NCBI GenBank assembly: GCA_048405595.1
Contig: DBFJOT010000018.1
Span: forward strand, 208 to 64,207
DNA from: Candidatus Onthovivens sp.
GTDB taxonomy: Bacteria > Bacillota_I > Bacilli_A > RFN20 > CAG-826
Length of the DNA stretch: 64,000 bases
Reading direction: 5' to 3'
Part shown: piece after piece, positions 20,201 to 30,714 of the stretch
Layout of the letters: each line of letters opens with the position of its first letter
Position numbering within the stretch: the stretch's first letter is position 1
Made by a program: the position numbers and the translations under genes
Notes under the pieces: generated by a model
The model's database searches: none
The model's input: the letters and a program-made list of their open reading frames with translations, nothing else
Told to the model about the DNA's origin: nothing

Positions 20201-21015
20201 TGGCTGGTGAATTATTTTTAGTGCCTACTCCAATTGGCAATTTGAACGAAGTTTCTCCTCGCACACTTGAAGTTTTAAGAACTTGTGACTTTGTTGCATG
20301 CGAAGATACACGTAACACTTCTAAACTTTTACACCTTTTAGGTATAAATAAAAAGTGTGTTTCTTGTCATGAACATAATGAAAAAAGTGAAAGCATACGT
20401 ATTGTCGATCAAATTTTAGAAGGTAAAAATGTGGCTTACGCAAGCGATGCTGGATATCCTTGTATCAGTGATCCTGGGGCAATTTTAGTTCATGAAGCTA
20501 TAAAAGTTGGAATTAAAATCACTCCTATTAGTGGTCCAAACGCATTCTTAAATGCTTTAGTTGGTAGTGATATCGATGCTCATCACTTCCTCTTTTACGG
20601 ATTTTTGGATTCTAAAACTTCTCAAAGAGAAAAAGAGCTTGAATCTTTAAAGAACATTCCTTATACCCTAATTTTTTATGAAGCACCACATCGAATCAAA
20701 GATACGTTATTATCTTTAGAAAAAGTTCTCGGAAATAGAAAAGTCACTATCGCAAGAGAATTAACTAAAGTTTATGAAGAATTCATTAGAAGCGATTTAA
20801 CTACTTTAAATAACACCGATAAAGAGTTTATTGGTGAATTAGTAGTTGTCGTAGATAAACCAGAAAACTCAAAGAGCGACGATTCCATCGATGAATTTGT
20901 TGATAAAGTTAATTTATTAATCAAAAACGGATTCAGCCAAAAAGATGCATGTCAAGCAGTTGCAATCCTATTTAATAAAAACAAAAACAAGCTTTATAAA
21001 GCTTCTTTAAACTAA
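20200..21015 (+). CDS. rsmI: 16S rRNA (cytidine1402-2'-O)-methyltransferase
   Basis: 271 aa tetrapyrrole-methylase fold. MAGELFLVPTPIGN is the characteristic RsmI N-terminus. Confidence 0.9.
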   Translation: MAGELFLVPTPIGNLNEVSPRTLEVLRTCDFVACEDTRNTSKLLHLLGINKKCVSCHEHNEKSESIRIVDQILEGKNVAYASDAGYPCISDPGAILVHEAIKVGIKITPISGPNAFLNALVGSDIDAHHFLFYGFLDSKTSQREKELESLKNIPYTLIFYEAPHRIKDTLLSLEKVLGNRKVTIARELTKVYEEFIRSDLTTLNNTDKEFIGELVVVVDKPENSKSDDSIDEFVDKVNLLIKNGFSQKDACQAVAILFNKNKNKLYKASLN

Positions 21016-21036
21016 AAAAGCCCTCGGGCTTTTTTT
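21014..21036. terminator. Bidirectional intrinsic terminator between rsmI (+) and the histidine kinase (-)
   Basis: AAAAAAGCCCTCGGGCTTTTTTT. GC hairpin flanked by A- and T-runs. Confidence 0.85.
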
Positions 21037-22708
21037 ATTTGAACGAAATAGTGAACTTTGTTCCGATTCCAACTTTTGATTTAATATTAAATTTAAAGTT
21101 ATATTTTATACAAATATGTTTAACAATAGCTAATCCTAGTCCGGTGCCACCTAAATCACGACTTCTGCCTTTGTCTACTCGATAAAATCTTTCAAAAATT
21201 CTTCCAATATCATCAGGAGGAATTCCGATTCCTGTATCTTCAACAATTAAGCGTTTGTTATTTAAGATAATTTTAATTTTTCCGTTATCTTTGTTGTATT
21301 TAATTGCATTAGAAATAAGGTTCCTTGTTAGTCTATCAAAGTCTTTTGGCGTAATTAATAATTTCACATCATCAAGTTTTGTAGTTATCTCGATATTTTT
21401 TTCTTTCAATAAGAAATTTAATGAATCAATAACATCATTTAAAACATTAGAAGCGTCGATTACATCAATACTTTCATTAAATTCTTCAGATTCGAGTTGT
21501 GACAAAGCAAGCATATCATCAATAACATTTTTCATTCTCTTAGCTTCTTTTAAAGTTATTTCATTTGCTTCATCTAGCTCTTTTTCAGAATCTAATAATC
21601 GAGAATTAATCATTCCTTGATAACCGATAATAGTTGTTAAAGGTGTTTTAAGTTCATGACTTGCATTTTGAAAGAATTCTTTTTTGATTTGGTCATTAAT
21701 TCTAGTTCCAGTAATATCGAAAAACGTGATAACAGTCGACACTTTTTGGTTTTCGTTATCGCTTATTGAAACTTTAGAAACTATGAACAAATATATTTTT
21801 CCATCAAGTTTAAAATCAAAGTTGATAGGTTTATTTAATTCGACATGATTTATTTTTTCATTTACTTCATTTCCTAAAGCTAAATAAACAAAATCTTTTT
21901 TAAGAATTTGATCTTTATGTAAATCTAAAACTTCAATAGCAAATTTATTTATTACATCGATCTTTTTTGTTTCATCAATAACAATAAAACCTTCTTCAAT
22001 TGAATCAAGAATTAAACTATTTTGACTTTTTTGATACTCTAATTCATTAATTTTATGTTTGAAATCATTCTTAATTTTACCAAGTGTTTTGTTAATAATA
22101 TCGATGCCATCGTCGTTTTTATTAAGTGTCGGGATTGTAACGATACTTTCTAAATTATTAATACTTCTTTTTAAAGAATTAATATCTCTTTTGTATGTAA
22201 AATATTTTAAAGTTCCATACCCTACATTTAAAACAATTAAACAAATAGATCCATAAATTAAAACGTTATATGAGACATCGATAAATTCACTAACTGGTAA
22301 ACCGACTCTAATAAAATAACCATCATTTTTAGTTACATAATATAAAGTTTGATAGCCCATAGTTAATGATTTTTTCTCATAATATGAGTTTAAATTATTT
22401 TGTAATTCAACATATCTATCTTCATTTGATAAAGGGTGTTCGTTAGGATTTATATCCAAAACAGGGGTCCCATCATTAAATTTTAAGATTGTAATTCTTA
22501 TATCGATAATGTTTCCAAATTGTTCTTTGATGTCATCTTGGTTTGTTTCGTTTTTATAAACTAAAGCAATTTTATCAGCATAAGTTTTTAAATTACTTTT
22601 CGCTTCATTATTAGATAACAAAAAAGTGGTCAAAAAAGAGGCCACCAAAACTATTAAAGAAAGACAAAAAACAAAAATTGTATCAAATATAACATGCTTC
22701 TTATTCAT
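21035..22708 (-). CDS. Sensor histidine kinase (PhoR-like) with an extracytoplasmic sensing region
   Basis: 557 aa. N-terminal TM, ~130-aa loop, second TM, then HAMP/PAS-like region, H-box (ASHELKTPLT) and HATPase_c (N, G1 and G2 boxes: DTGIGIP, GGTGLGL). Last gene of the pst-phoU operon. Confidence 0.85.
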   Translation of the reverse strand: MNKKHVIFDTIFVFCLSLIVLVASFLTTFLLSNNEAKSNLKTYADKIALVYKNETNQDDIKEQFGNIIDIRITILKFNDGTPVLDINPNEHPLSNEDRYVELQNNLNSYYEKKSLTMGYQTLYYVTKNDGYFIRVGLPVSEFIDVSYNVLIYGSICLIVLNVGYGTLKYFTYKRDINSLKRSINNLESIVTIPTLNKNDDGIDIINKTLGKIKNDFKHKINELEYQKSQNSLILDSIEEGFIVIDETKKIDVINKFAIEVLDLHKDQILKKDFVYLALGNEVNEKINHVELNKPINFDFKLDGKIYLFIVSKVSISDNENQKVSTVITFFDITGTRINDQIKKEFFQNASHELKTPLTTIIGYQGMINSRLLDSEKELDEANEITLKEAKRMKNVIDDMLALSQLESEEFNESIDVIDASNVLNDVIDSLNFLLKEKNIEITTKLDDVKLLITPKDFDRLTRNLISNAIKYNKDNGKIKIILNNKRLIVEDTGIGIPPDDIGRIFERFYRVDKGRSRDLGGTGLGLAIVKHICIKYNFKFNIKSKVGIGTKFTISFK

Positions 22709-23387
22709 TTTTTAATTTGAACCCAATTCCATAAATTGTTTCGATTAAATCGGCATTTTGAGAACCGAGTTTCTTTCTAATTGAAGTTACATGAACATCT
22801 AAAACTCTGGTTTCATAGCCGCCTTCTTTACCCCATAAAGCATCTAAGAGTTCTTCTCTACGAGTAATTTCATTAAGATGTTTTACTAAACATTCAATAA
22901 TTGTGAATTCGCTATTTGTGAATTTTAAAAGTTCATCATTTAGTTTAACTTCTCGTTTTTTTAGATTAATTGAGATGTTTCTAATCTTAATATCTTCATT
23001 TTTCTTTTTTAAAAATCTTCTACTTCTAGCATTAACTCTACTGATTAATTCTAATACATCAAATGGTTTAGAAATATAGTCGTCTGCTCCTAAATCAAGC
23101 CCATCAATTTTATTAATTGTAAGATTTTTAGCACTTAAAATAATGACTTGAATATCATCATTACTAGAATCACTACGAATATTTTGCAAAACTTGTTCTC
23201 CAGTCGCATCAGGAAGCATTAAATCTAAAAGAATCATATTAGGTTTTTGATTATTAAAAGCTACTAGAAAATCTTTATAATTATAAAAACTTCTTACTGA
23301 ATATCCATTCTTCGACAGTGCAAGATTTATAATATGAGAGATATTTTCGTCGTCTTCTAAAGAGTAAATAACATAGTCGAAATTCAT
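22701..23387 (-). CDS. OmpR/PhoB-family response regulator
   Basis: 228 aa. Receiver domain with the phospho-Asp (LLDLMLPD) and a winged-helix C-terminal domain. Overlaps the kinase gene by 8 nt. Confidence 0.85.
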   Translation of the reverse strand: MNFDYVIYSLEDDENISHIINLALSKNGYSVRSFYNYKDFLVAFNNQKPNMILLDLMLPDATGEQVLQNIRSDSSNDDIQVIILSAKNLTINKIDGLDLGADDYISKPFDVLELISRVNARSRRFLKKKNEDIKIRNISINLKKREVKLNDELLKFTNSEFTIIECLVKHLNEITRREELLDALWGKEGGYETRVLDVHVTSIRKKLGSQNADLIETIYGIGFKLKNE

Positions 23388-23391
23388 AGTT

Positions 23392-24042
23392 TTATATTAT
23401 CACTTCATCTTTATAATAACCACTTTTTATATAGATTGCCCATTCAGCAATATTTGAAGCATGGTCAGCAATACGCTCAATATATTTAGCGATTAAAGTT
23501 GAAAAAACAATGAAGTTACTATCAAGATTACTATTATTAATTGGTTGAAGTTCTTCTAAGACATTTAGATATAAAGTATCGACTAAATCGTCACTTTTTA
23601 AAACATTAGCAGCTAATTTTACATCTTCTTTTACTAAACTATAATACGCATCTGTAACCATTGATAAACTAACATTAATCATTTCAAGTAATGACTTACT
23701 TTGAACTAGGTATTTATCACTTTTTTTAAGGTTTGATACACACCAAGCAATATCTTCACTATGATCACCAAGACGTTCAACATCATCAACTAATTTAAAA
23801 ACACCTGTGATTCTTCTTAAGTCTTTAGCAAATGGTCTTTCTCTTAAAATGATATTTAAGCACTTTTTTTCAACCGCAATTAAAGATCTATCAACAATAT
23901 CATCATTAATTTCTTTCTCTTTTTCTTCGAAATTAGTTTCATTAAAGAAATAACTAAAAGAATCGTTTAAATATCTAATAGTTAAATCAAACATTTTGAT
24001 AGTTTCAACAAACACTTGATCGATTTTTTCTTGTAATTCCAT
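23392..24042 (-). CDS. phoU: Phosphate signalling complex protein PhoU
   Basis: 216 aa with two PhoU repeats containing the E/DxxxD motifs. Directly follows pstB. Confidence 0.85.
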   Translation of the reverse strand: MELQEKIDQVFVETIKMFDLTIRYLNDSFSYFFNETNFEEKEKEINDDIVDRSLIAVEKKCLNIILRERPFAKDLRRITGVFKLVDDVERLGDHSEDIAWCVSNLKKSDKYLVQSKSLLEMINVSLSMVTDAYYSLVKEDVKLAANVLKSDDLVDTLYLNVLEELQPINNSNLDSNFIVFSTLIAKYIERIADHASNIAEWAIYIKSGYYKDEVII

Positions 24043-24839
24043 TAACCAAATCTCCCTGTAATATAATCTTCACTTCTTTTGTCTTTTGGATGAGAGAAAA
24101 ATTCTTTTGTTTCATTAAATTCAACAAGTTCCCCGAGCATAAAGAAGGCTGTGTAATCACTTATACGCGCTGCTTGTTGCATATTATGAGTAACTATAAT
24201 AATCGTATAGTATTTTTTTAACTCATTAATAAGTTCTTCAATTTTTAATGTTGCAATAGGATCTAAAGCAGAGGTAGGTTCATCCATTAAAATGACATCT
24301 GGAGACATAGCTAATGTTCTAGCGATACAGAGTCTTTGTTGCTGACCTCCACTTAAACCTAAAGCACTTTTATTTAAAATATCTTTGACTTCTTCATATA
24401 AAGCAGCGCCTTTAAGTGAAGACTCTAAAATTTCATTTAATGTCTTTTTATCTCTTACACCTTGGCATCTTGGACCATAAAAAATATTATCTTTAATACT
24501 CATCGGAAATGGATTTGGTTGTTGGAAAACCATTCCAACTCTAGTTCTTAAATAGATTGAATTGATATCATTAATATCTTCACCTAAATAAGAAATCTCT
24601 CCCTCTCTATAAGAATTTTCAACAAGTTCATTCATTCTATCAAAGCATCTTAATAAAGTTGATTTTCCACAGCCCGAAGGTCCGATAAAAGCTGTGACTT
24701 TGTTCTTATAAATTTTCATGTTGATGTCTTTTAGAGCGTGTTTTGCACCCTTATCGTAGCAAAGATTTACATTTTTAACTTCAAAAACAACATCATTTTC
24801 TTTTTTTATATTATTTTCTTTAATTAAATTATCTTCCAT
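24042..24839 (-). CDS. pstB: Phosphate ABC transporter ATP-binding protein
   Basis: Walker [10 protein letters not shown], signature LSGGQQQRL and Walker [12 protein letters not shown]. Confidence 0.95.
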   Translation of the reverse strand: MEDNLIKENNIKKENDVVFEVKNVNLCYDKGAKHALKDINMKIYKNKVTAFIGPSGCGKSTLLRCFDRMNELVENSYREGEISYLGEDINDINSIYLRTRVGMVFQQPNPFPMSIKDNIFYGPRCQGVRDKKTLNEILESSLKGAALYEEVKDILNKSALGLSGGQQQRLCIARTLAMSPDVILMDEPTSALDPIATLKIEELINELKKYYTIIIVTHNMQQAARISDYTAFFMLGELVEFNETKEFFSHPKDKRSEDYITGRFG

Positions 24840-24847
24840 AAAACCTC

Positions 24848-26323
24848 CTATGCTTTGAACTTATTAAGCTTTGTTGAAACGAGTTTTAATAATAAAGTTA
24901 ATACTAAAACAATAACTATAATTACGATTGAAATCGCACATGCATTGTCATATGCTGGATGATCTCCACCTAAAATAACCCAAATATGAACCGCTAAAGA
25001 AGCATTACTTCCATTCATTGAAGCTACTTCTCCAATTGTGGTGCCCATCGCAAATACTAAAGCCGCACTTTCACCGATTATTCTTCCGATTGATAAAAGC
25101 AAACTTGTTAATATACCTGGAAGAGCATTAGGCAAAACTACTTTGAAAACGGTTTCAGTTCGAGATGCGCCTAAAGCCAAACTTGCATTTGTTAAGCTTT
25201 TCGGAATAACTTTTATTGATTCTTCTACAGTTTTAACAATTGTTGGTAAAAGAATCATTGTCATTGTTAAAGCTCCGCTTATAATATTCCCTCCATTACT
25301 TCCTGGAATTAAATTAGCAATTGGAATAAAAATTAATGCACCAGCTAAACCAAAAATAATTGAAGGAATTCCACTAGTCATATCAATTAAAGTTCTAACA
25401 ATTTTTGTGACTTTATTATCTTTAGCGTAAACCCCTAGATAAATCGCACCCCCTACGCCAAGTGGGAAAGCAAACAATATAGAGAAACCAATTAATGATA
25501 AAGTATTTAATAAGCTCCCTCTAAAACCACCACCTTCACCTAAAAAAGTCGAATCAACAATTTTGTTTCCATATTCTAATTCTTTAATGAAATCTTCAAT
25601 TGTCATTGTACCAAGAGCCGAATACATATAATTTTCTTCATCAGTTAAAGTGATTGATTGAATATATAAATCATCATAACTTTGTCCAAACAATGAAGAA
25701 TCACTAATGTTAACTAAATGATTGAAAGGTGAATTTTTACTAATTTTTTGAATTGATATATAATCTTTATCATCGATTTTAGTATAAGCAAATTCAAGAC
25801 CCCACTTTTTAGATGTATTTTCACTTTCTAAATTAATATCATCAAAAGTTAATGTGTCGTCAAATGTAAATTCATCGCTTGTTTTTAAAGAATAAGTTGT
25901 TGTTTTATAGTCACCGAAAATTTTATTTAAAGTTAATTTTCCAGTTCCAGTAGCAAAAATATAAACGATAATCCAAACAAGTAGGCCAATTGTTAAAAAT
26001 GAAAATAAAATTGAATTACCTTTTCTAGCTAAATCTTTATAAGCAATAGAGCGTAAATTCTTCTTTTTGTTATATTCAAAAGTTAATTTATATTCATTTA
26101 ACACTTTCTTCTTTTCGTTTAAAGAATTTAATGTTTTTTCGCGTTCGCCTTGATCTAACTTTTTATTCCTTTTATAGATTGCGTTAGCCTCTTTGATTTC
26201 TTTTTTTAATGCGATATAAGTTTCATCTTTATATTTTTTAACACTATATTTTTCTAATTTACTAGCGAGGCTATTTTTCCATTTATTAATCAATTTACTT
26301 TGTTCCATTTTTATACGCCTCAT
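24848..26323 (-). CDS. pstA: Phosphate ABC transporter permease PstA with a ~200-aa N-terminal extension: a coiled-coil-like cytoplasmic segment, one TM and a ~150-aa extracytoplasmic domain
   Basis: The C-terminal ~290 aa is a canonical PstA permease core (EAA-like loop region). The N-terminal 200 aa have no counterpart in standard PstA. Confidence 0.85.
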   Translation of the reverse strand: MRRIKMEQSKLINKWKNSLASKLEKYSVKKYKDETYIALKKEIKEANAIYKRNKKLDQGEREKTLNSLNEKKKVLNEYKLTFEYNKKKNLRSIAYKDLARKGNSILFSFLTIGLLVWIIVYIFATGTGKLTLNKIFGDYKTTTYSLKTSDEFTFDDTLTFDDINLESENTSKKWGLEFAYTKIDDKDYISIQKISKNSPFNHLVNISDSSLFGQSYDDLYIQSITLTDEENYMYSALGTMTIEDFIKELEYGNKIVDSTFLGEGGGFRGSLLNTLSLIGFSILFAFPLGVGGAIYLGVYAKDNKVTKIVRTLIDMTSGIPSIIFGLAGALIFIPIANLIPGSNGGNIISGALTMTMILLPTIVKTVEESIKVIPKSLTNASLALGASRTETVFKVVLPNALPGILTSLLLSIGRIIGESAALVFAMGTTIGEVASMNGSNASLAVHIWVILGGDHPAYDNACAISIVIIVIVLVLTLLLKLVSTKLNKFKA

Positions 26324-27344
26324 AATAAATTTTTATATCTTTAAAGAATTTAAAGTAATCACGTTTTTTCTTTGGTTCGATTCTTGTCATAACGTCTTTT
26401 AGGTAATTTAATAAAATATTTGTGGTGACAATAATTAACATCAGAACAATTCCTAAAGAGAATCTAACATCATATCCAATGCCACTTGCTTCACCAATTC
26501 CAGCAAGCATTGTAGTTGTTAAAGTAGAATAAATATTAAATGGATTAATAAAATCCATTCCACTTCCGCCATTGCCAATGACCATTTGAATAGCAGTTGC
26601 TTCACCTAAAGCTCTACCAATTCCAAGAATTATCCCTGCAAAAATGCCACTTTGAGATGCTTTTAAGACAATTTTGTAGTTTGTTTGCTCTTTTGAAGCG
26701 CCTAAAGCAAGACTTGCTTTATATAAATTATTATCAACAGCTTCAATCGAAGTAATTGAAACAAGTGTAATCGTTGGAATCGACATAAAAGCTAAAACAA
26801 CAATTCCTGAAAGCACACTATTTCCTCCAAATGTTTGGGCCCCAAAAACATTAGCGAAATTTTTAACGATTGGATTTATAACACCCATTCCAAATAAACC
26901 AAAGATAACACTTGGGATACTTGATAAAATTTGGATAGCTGATTTAATAATTTCTTTTAATTTTTTTGGACAAATCTTTACAACAAAAAGTGCTGTAAAA
27001 ATAGAAGTTGGGACGCTTATGATTAAACTACATAATGTTGTAAAAATTGTAGCTAAAGCTAAATACCCCATTCCTCCAGTTCCATCATATGTCCATCTAT
27101 TATTTTGAAAAAACGCAGAGAAACTTTGTGTTAGTCCAGCCCCATCTGGAACGAAAAAAGGTTGAATCCCTTTGACAATTACAAACGAGACAATAAAAAT
27201 AACAACACTAGAACATAAAAAAGCCAAAAAGGCGAAGATGAACTTAACCAAGTTATCAATCTTCGTCTTATTATTAGCTTTCTTTAAAGCGTTTTCTTGA
27301 ATCCTATTGATCCCCATTTTCCTTAAGCGATGACATCGCTCCAA
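26295..27344 (-). CDS. pstC: Phosphate ABC transporter permease PstC
   Basis: 349 aa, 6-TM permease with a conserved EAA-type loop. The track start is a TTG. Confidence 0.9.
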   Translation of the reverse strand: MERCHRLRKMGINRIQENALKKANNKTKIDNLVKFIFAFLAFLCSSVVIFIVSFVIVKGIQPFFVPDGAGLTQSFSAFFQNNRWTYDGTGGMGYLALATIFTTLCSLIISVPTSIFTALFVVKICPKKLKEIIKSAIQILSSIPSVIFGLFGMGVINPIVKNFANVFGAQTFGGNSVLSGIVVLAFMSIPTITLVSITSIEAVDNNLYKASLALGASKEQTNYKIVLKASQSGIFAGIILGIGRALGEATAIQMVIGNGGSGMDFINPFNIYSTLTTTMLAGIGEASGIGYDVRFSLGIVLMLIIVTTNILLNYLKDVMTRIEPKKKRDYFKFFKDIKIYYEAYKNGTK

Positions 27345-28300
27345 ACTGTCTTTTCTCCCTTATAGATGGATGTTAGTTGTGCAGCTGTTGTTTCTGTAAA
27401 TTTAGTATTTTTTACATTAACAATTGGGACAACAGCATCAATAGCAAACGCACCTTTTATATTCGCTTCTGTTAATTGAGATGCTTCATCAGTTTTAATC
27501 TCTCTTGATAAGAAACCAATACCAAATTCTTTACCATTTTTACCAGTTGTAACACCTGTCACGGCATCACCACTACCAGTTTGGTTAAGTTTGTATTGAA
27601 CTTTTTTATTTGAAATTAAAGTCACTAATTTTTCTGATGCAGCCTTAACAATTTTTTCAACACTTGTTGATCCACAGAAATCGATAGTGACTGCTTCTGT
27701 GCTACTAAAAACTGGATAATTTTTAGCAATAGAATTAAAGGTAACTAGGTCATTTCTTCTTTCAACAATACCTCCGTTAGCTTTAATTACTGCTTGGCCT
27801 TCTGTAGTTGTTGTTAAGAATGCGATAAATCCTTCGACAGCTTCTTTTTTACTCTTATCAGCTGGATTTTCATAGTTTCTGATAACGTAATTGAAGTTTC
27901 TCTTTAATTTATAAGTTCCATTTAATACGTTTGCTTCGGTTGCTTCGACGCCTTCGTATTTTACACCCTTAATTGTATTAACAGATGATAAGCTATCTAA
28001 GGAACAATATCCAATGGCATATTCATCATTGCCAACTGCGCTCATTAAGTCACTATTTGCAGCTTTTGTGCTTACAGTGACTCCTTTTTCCCATTTATTT
28101 TCTTTTGCAACATCTTTATATCCGATACCTTCGAAGAAACATTCTCTAGTTCCGCTTCCTGATTCTCTTGAGTAAAGTGTGATTTTTTTAGAAGTATCAA
28201 ATGTATCTCCAGTATTTCCACCTGTTTTAGTTCCACCACAAGCTGTAACTAATAACGCTAATCCTAAAGCACTAACTTTAAATAAATTTCTTTTTTTCAT
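27323..28300 (-). CDS. pstS: Phosphate-binding lipoprotein PstS. The likely start is MKKRNLFKV...; the track ORF extends further, to 28366.
   Basis: Signal peptide with lipobox LLVTAC-GG, then a PBP-type phosphate-binding domain. The upstream extension overlaps a terminator hairpin, so the internal ATG with a GTGAGG Shine-Dalgarno is preferred. Confidence 0.85.
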   Translation of the reverse strand: MKKRNLFKVSALGLALLVTACGGTKTGGNTGDTFDTSKKITLYSRESGSGTRECFFEGIGYKDVAKENKWEKGVTVSTKAANSDLMSAVGNDEYAIGYCSLDSLSSVNTIKGVKYEGVEATEANVLNGTYKLKRNFNYVIRNYENPADKSKKEAVEGFIAFLTTTTEGQAVIKANGGIVERRNDLVTFNSIAKNYPVFSSTEAVTIDFCGSTSVEKIVKAASEKLVTLISNKKVQYKLNQTGSGDAVTGVTTGKNGKEFGIGFLSREIKTDEASQLTEANIKGAFAIDAVVPIVNVKNTKFTETTAAQLTSIYKGEKTVWSDVIA

Positions 28301-28343
28301 TAATATAAACCTCACTTTTTGTTTACACACAAATTTATAAACA

Positions 28344-28369
28344 AAAAAATGGCTTGAATAAATCAAGCC
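28344..28369 (-). terminator. Intrinsic terminator downstream of the GH2 gene, immediately upstream of the pstS promoter
   Basis: GGCTTGATTTATTCAAGCC hairpin followed (on the minus strand) by a T7 run. Confidence 0.8.
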
Positions 28370-28520
28370 AATGTAAACAAATGTTAAGAAATTGTAAAGA
28401 AATGAATTTTAAGTAATTATTATATGTAATTTTATTTAATATAAACTTAATTCAACGACATCAATTTTTAAATTTTATTAAATTATATCGATGTAATCGA
28501 TATTTTAACGACATTAATGT

Positions 28521-30275
28521 TTAGTCTTCACAATCGCTAATTTTCTTATTAAGTTTTATTAATTTATCTTCATATACTTTGAGCACTTTTCTATCGTATG
28601 TAAATATACCATTGTACTCAATTTCACAATCTGCAACTTCAGTATTAATAATTCCAATCAATGTACCTTTTTGAACTTGTTTTAATAGTTTGTTATAAAG
28701 ATTAAAGTACTTTTTATTATAGTTTTCTTTAGTCCTAGCAATTTTATGTCCAAACAAACCATCGAAATATGAATGACCAGGGACTCTATAAGCAATTCCA
28801 CCAGTTTCACTTAAAAAATAAGGTCTTCCATATTTCTTATCAAAACGTTTTCTTGTAGGAATTGTGTAACTATGAACTGAATAGAAATCACTATTTTTTG
28901 AATCTACCCATCCACTAGCAGTGTCATAAAGTCTAGTAGGGTCAATATTTTTAAATATTTTATAACATTCACTAGGTTTAAATTCACCCCAAGCTTCATT
29001 AAAAATTGTGTAGATAATAATTGAAGGATAATTATATAACGAATTAACAATTTCTTTTGACTCTTTTATAAATTCGATTTGTCCTTCTTCATCTTCTCTT
29101 CCAAACATTCCTTCTTTTATCCAGGATTCTTTATTGATGAAAGGAGTAAACACTCTAGGTAAAACAACCTCTAAGAACTTATAAGGAGTTCCTCCGTTTA
29201 CGAAATCTTGTACAACAAGCATTCCATATTTGTCACAATAATAATAGAAAAGATCCGATTCAACTTTGATGTGTTTTCTTAAAGTATTAAAACCTAGTCT
29301 TTTTAATTCTTTGATTTCGTTTTCGTAATCACTATTTGAAGCTGGAGTTAAATTTCCTAAAAAATAATAGCCTTGATCAAGCAAACCATTTAAAATGACT
29401 TTTTTATTATTCAAATATAACGTTGGTAAACCTTGTTCATTATCTTTTATCTCAATTTTTCTAAATCCAAAATATGATTTTATTTCATCTTCATGAGATT
29501 TAATGACTACATCATATAAATAAGGATTTTTATGTGACCAAGGTTTTGGGTTTTCTAATTTAATAATCTTATATGAATTAGCTTCAATTTCAAAAGTCTT
29601 GCCATCTAAAGTTAATTCGACTTCACCATCAAAATTCGTGTCAACATAAATTCCTACAGCTTCTTCATCATATAAAGGTGTGAATCTTACTTTTTGAATG
29701 TGATGAATTGGAACTTCTTCAAGCCAAACCGTTTTATATATGCCACTACTAGTCGTATAAAAATATCCAGTTACATTTAAAGTTTGTTTTCCACGTAAAT
29801 GGTAACTTGTATCACTTGGATCATTAACAATTACAATTATTTCATTATCTTTTTCTTTTATACAATCTGTTATATCAAATGAAAACTTAGTATATCCGCC
29901 GCTATGTTCACCAACAAAAGTTCCGTTTATATAAACTTTTGTAAACATATCAACACCATCAAAATTAATAATTACACGATTATTTTTATTTTTCTTTATA
30001 AAATCAAATGTTCTTCTATAAAACAAATAGTCTTCAGGTTTAACTAAATAATTGATGCCACTTAATGGACATTCTGGAACGAAAGGAACAAGTATTTCAT
30101 CATCAAATTCAATTGGTAAATCTTCATTTTGTCTTATAGCAAAATCCCATTTCCCGTTTAAATTAAAATAACTATCTCTAACAAAATTTGGTCGAGGATA
30201 TTCATTTAAAGGAGTACCTTTTATTTCTGGTATCTCTTTTAGTTTGTTGACATAAAGTCTTCCATTATTATTCAT
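28521..30275 (-). CDS. Glycoside hydrolase family 2 protein (beta-galactosidase/beta-glucuronidase-like)
   Basis: 584 aa with GH2 sugar-binding, Ig-like and TIM-barrel segments. An NEAWGE region is consistent with the acid/base Glu. Confidence 0.75.
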   Translation of the reverse strand: MNNNGRLYVNKLKEIPEIKGTPLNEYPRPNFVRDSYFNLNGKWDFAIRQNEDLPIEFDDEILVPFVPECPLSGINYLVKPEDYLFYRRTFDFIKKNKNNRVIINFDGVDMFTKVYINGTFVGEHSGGYTKFSFDITDCIKEKDNEIIVIVNDPSDTSYHLRGKQTLNVTGYFYTTSSGIYKTVWLEEVPIHHIQKVRFTPLYDEEAVGIYVDTNFDGEVELTLDGKTFEIEANSYKIIKLENPKPWSHKNPYLYDVVIKSHEDEIKSYFGFRKIEIKDNEQGLPTLYLNNKKVILNGLLDQGYYFLGNLTPASNSDYENEIKELKRLGFNTLRKHIKVESDLFYYYCDKYGMLVVQDFVNGGTPYKFLEVVLPRVFTPFINKESWIKEGMFGREDEEGQIEFIKESKEIVNSLYNYPSIIIYTIFNEAWGEFKPSECYKIFKNIDPTRLYDTASGWVDSKNSDFYSVHSYTIPTRKRFDKKYGRPYFLSETGGIAYRVPGHSYFDGLFGHKIARTKENYNKKYFNLYNKLLKQVQKGTLIGIINTEVADCEIEYNGIFTYDRKVLKVYEDKLIKLNKKISDCED

Positions 30276-30357
30276 ATATTATTACCTTTATTATCGCCAA
30301 AAAATTACGATGGTTATCGTAGTTTTCATACAATAATTATATTAAGAAATATAGTTA

Positions 30358-30714
30358 TTATTCAATTTCTTTTTTAAGGTTTTCGATTTCTTTTTCGATA
30401 GGAGTGAGTCCTACTACGTCATTGACTTTGATTGAAAAAGCAATTCCACTTCCTTTTGTATCAAGCCCAGCGTCTTTATAAATTTGTAAAAGAACTTTGT
30501 CTTTAATTTGATCTTCCACAAGAATAAAAACAATTTCTTTTTCAGGTTGAATAGCGATACCAAAAAATTCACCTAATTCTTTATTACCTGTACCTCTAGC
30601 AGTAAATGTAGTTCCACCTCTTGCTCCAGCATTTTTTGCAGCTTCCATTACGAGGTCAGTAAAACCTTTATTAATAATTGCAATTACTAAACTATATTCT
30701 TTTTCATTATTCAT
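30358..30714 (-). CDS. PII-like signal-transduction protein (copy B)
   Basis: 118 aa ferredoxin-like PII fold pattern with a Gly-rich T-loop-like segment (TARGTGNKE). Overlaps copy A by 4 nt. Confidence 0.6.
   Translation of the reverse strand: MNNEKEYSLVIAIINKGFTDLVMEAAKNAGARGGTTFTARGTGNKELGEFFGIAIQPEKEIVFILVEDQIKDKVLLQIYKDAGLDTKGSGIAFSIKVNDVVGLTPIEKEIENLKKEIE

Noticed and set aside
30300-30330. TACGATggttATCGTA inverted repeat between the PII-like gene and the GH2 gene, as a possible cre/CcpA site
   Set aside because: It does not fit the cre consensus (no central CG at the right position). It is more simply a weak terminator hairpin followed by a T-run for the PII operon.
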